Source of the DNA: Klebsormidium nitens
Taxonomy: Eukaryota > Plantae > Klebsormidiophyceae
Direction: 5' to 3'
Assembly: GCA_000708835.1 (NCBI GenBank)
Contig: DF237329.1
Span: 26,571 to 90,570, forward strand
Length of the DNA stretch: 64,000 bases
Part shown: positions 63,727 through 64,000 of the stretch, in pieces
Layout of the letters: every line of letters begins with the position of its first letter
How positions within the stretch are numbered: position 1 is the stretch's first letter
Translations under genes and position numbers: made by a program
Notes under the pieces: model-generated
The model's database searches: none
The model's input: the letters and a program-made list of their open reading frames with translations, nothing else
Told to the model about the DNA's origin: nothing

Positions 63727-63835
63727 GGTGGGGTTGGTGGGCGGGTTAGGGTGGGCTGGGGTGGGCTGTGGCGGAACGACTTAGGGTTTTGGTTAGGGTT
63801 AGGTCACTTGTATTCAGGTTTTTAGTGTTGGTCGG
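63727..63835 (-). promoter_or_regulatory. Telomere-like G-rich tract with a telo-box upstream of the FCA-like start codon
   Basis: TTAGGGTTTT at 63781-63790 (AAAACCCTAA on the minus strand), followed by GGTTAGGGTTAGG; about 250-350 nt upstream of ATG 63485. Confidence 0.45.
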
Positions 63836-64000
63836 AGGCCCCGGTAACAATCTGGCCCGGTACAGAAGCCCTGCAGTGGTGGGTACCTTAGCTTGCAGCG
63901 GTACTTGAAATCAAGCTTGCGCGGTGCCCACCTCTTGAGGGCCAACGCCGACCCGCGTGCGGTTCCGAAAAATGTTTGGCTTCTTTGTGCCTATGCTCTT

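Noticed and set aside
1-64000. CRISPR arrays, tRNA/rRNA genes, autonomous transposase or RT ORFs; numerous antisense shadow ORFs in the GC-rich exons at 35500-41700 and 51600-52800
   Set aside because: No constant repeat-spacer structure, cloverleaf or TE protein motifs seen. The shadow ORFs are explained by high-GC codon usage of the real genes.

Overview
Intron-rich eukaryotic nuclear DNA (GT-AG introns, standard code, plant-type RPL7, FCA, GH51 and ENO3-like genes). It is probably a streptophyte green alga such as Klebsormidium, which is an inference. In order the window holds: the 3' part of a GH51 alpha-L-arabinofuranosidase; a tandem pair of intronless F-box/LRR genes (second copy disabled); a small putative tail-anchored protein; a divergent 10-exon enolase; RPL7; a segmental duplication of a head-to-head pair [MYND-finger gene / large coiled-coil plus RRM-repeat gene], where the first RRM copy is a deleted pseudogene carrying a MITE-like insert; an assembly gap; a class I glutamine amidotransferase; a ZUP1/ZUFSP-type C78 peptidase with a ZZ-like insertion; and a 14-exon FCA-like RNA-binding protein with 3 RRMs and 2 WW domains. 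The most striking non-genic pattern is a set of 'exon-edge echoes': degenerate copies of exon ends, often with their splice site, lying in the adjacent intron in three unrelated genes. All exon coordinates and alignments were derived by eye and need RNA-seq confirmation.
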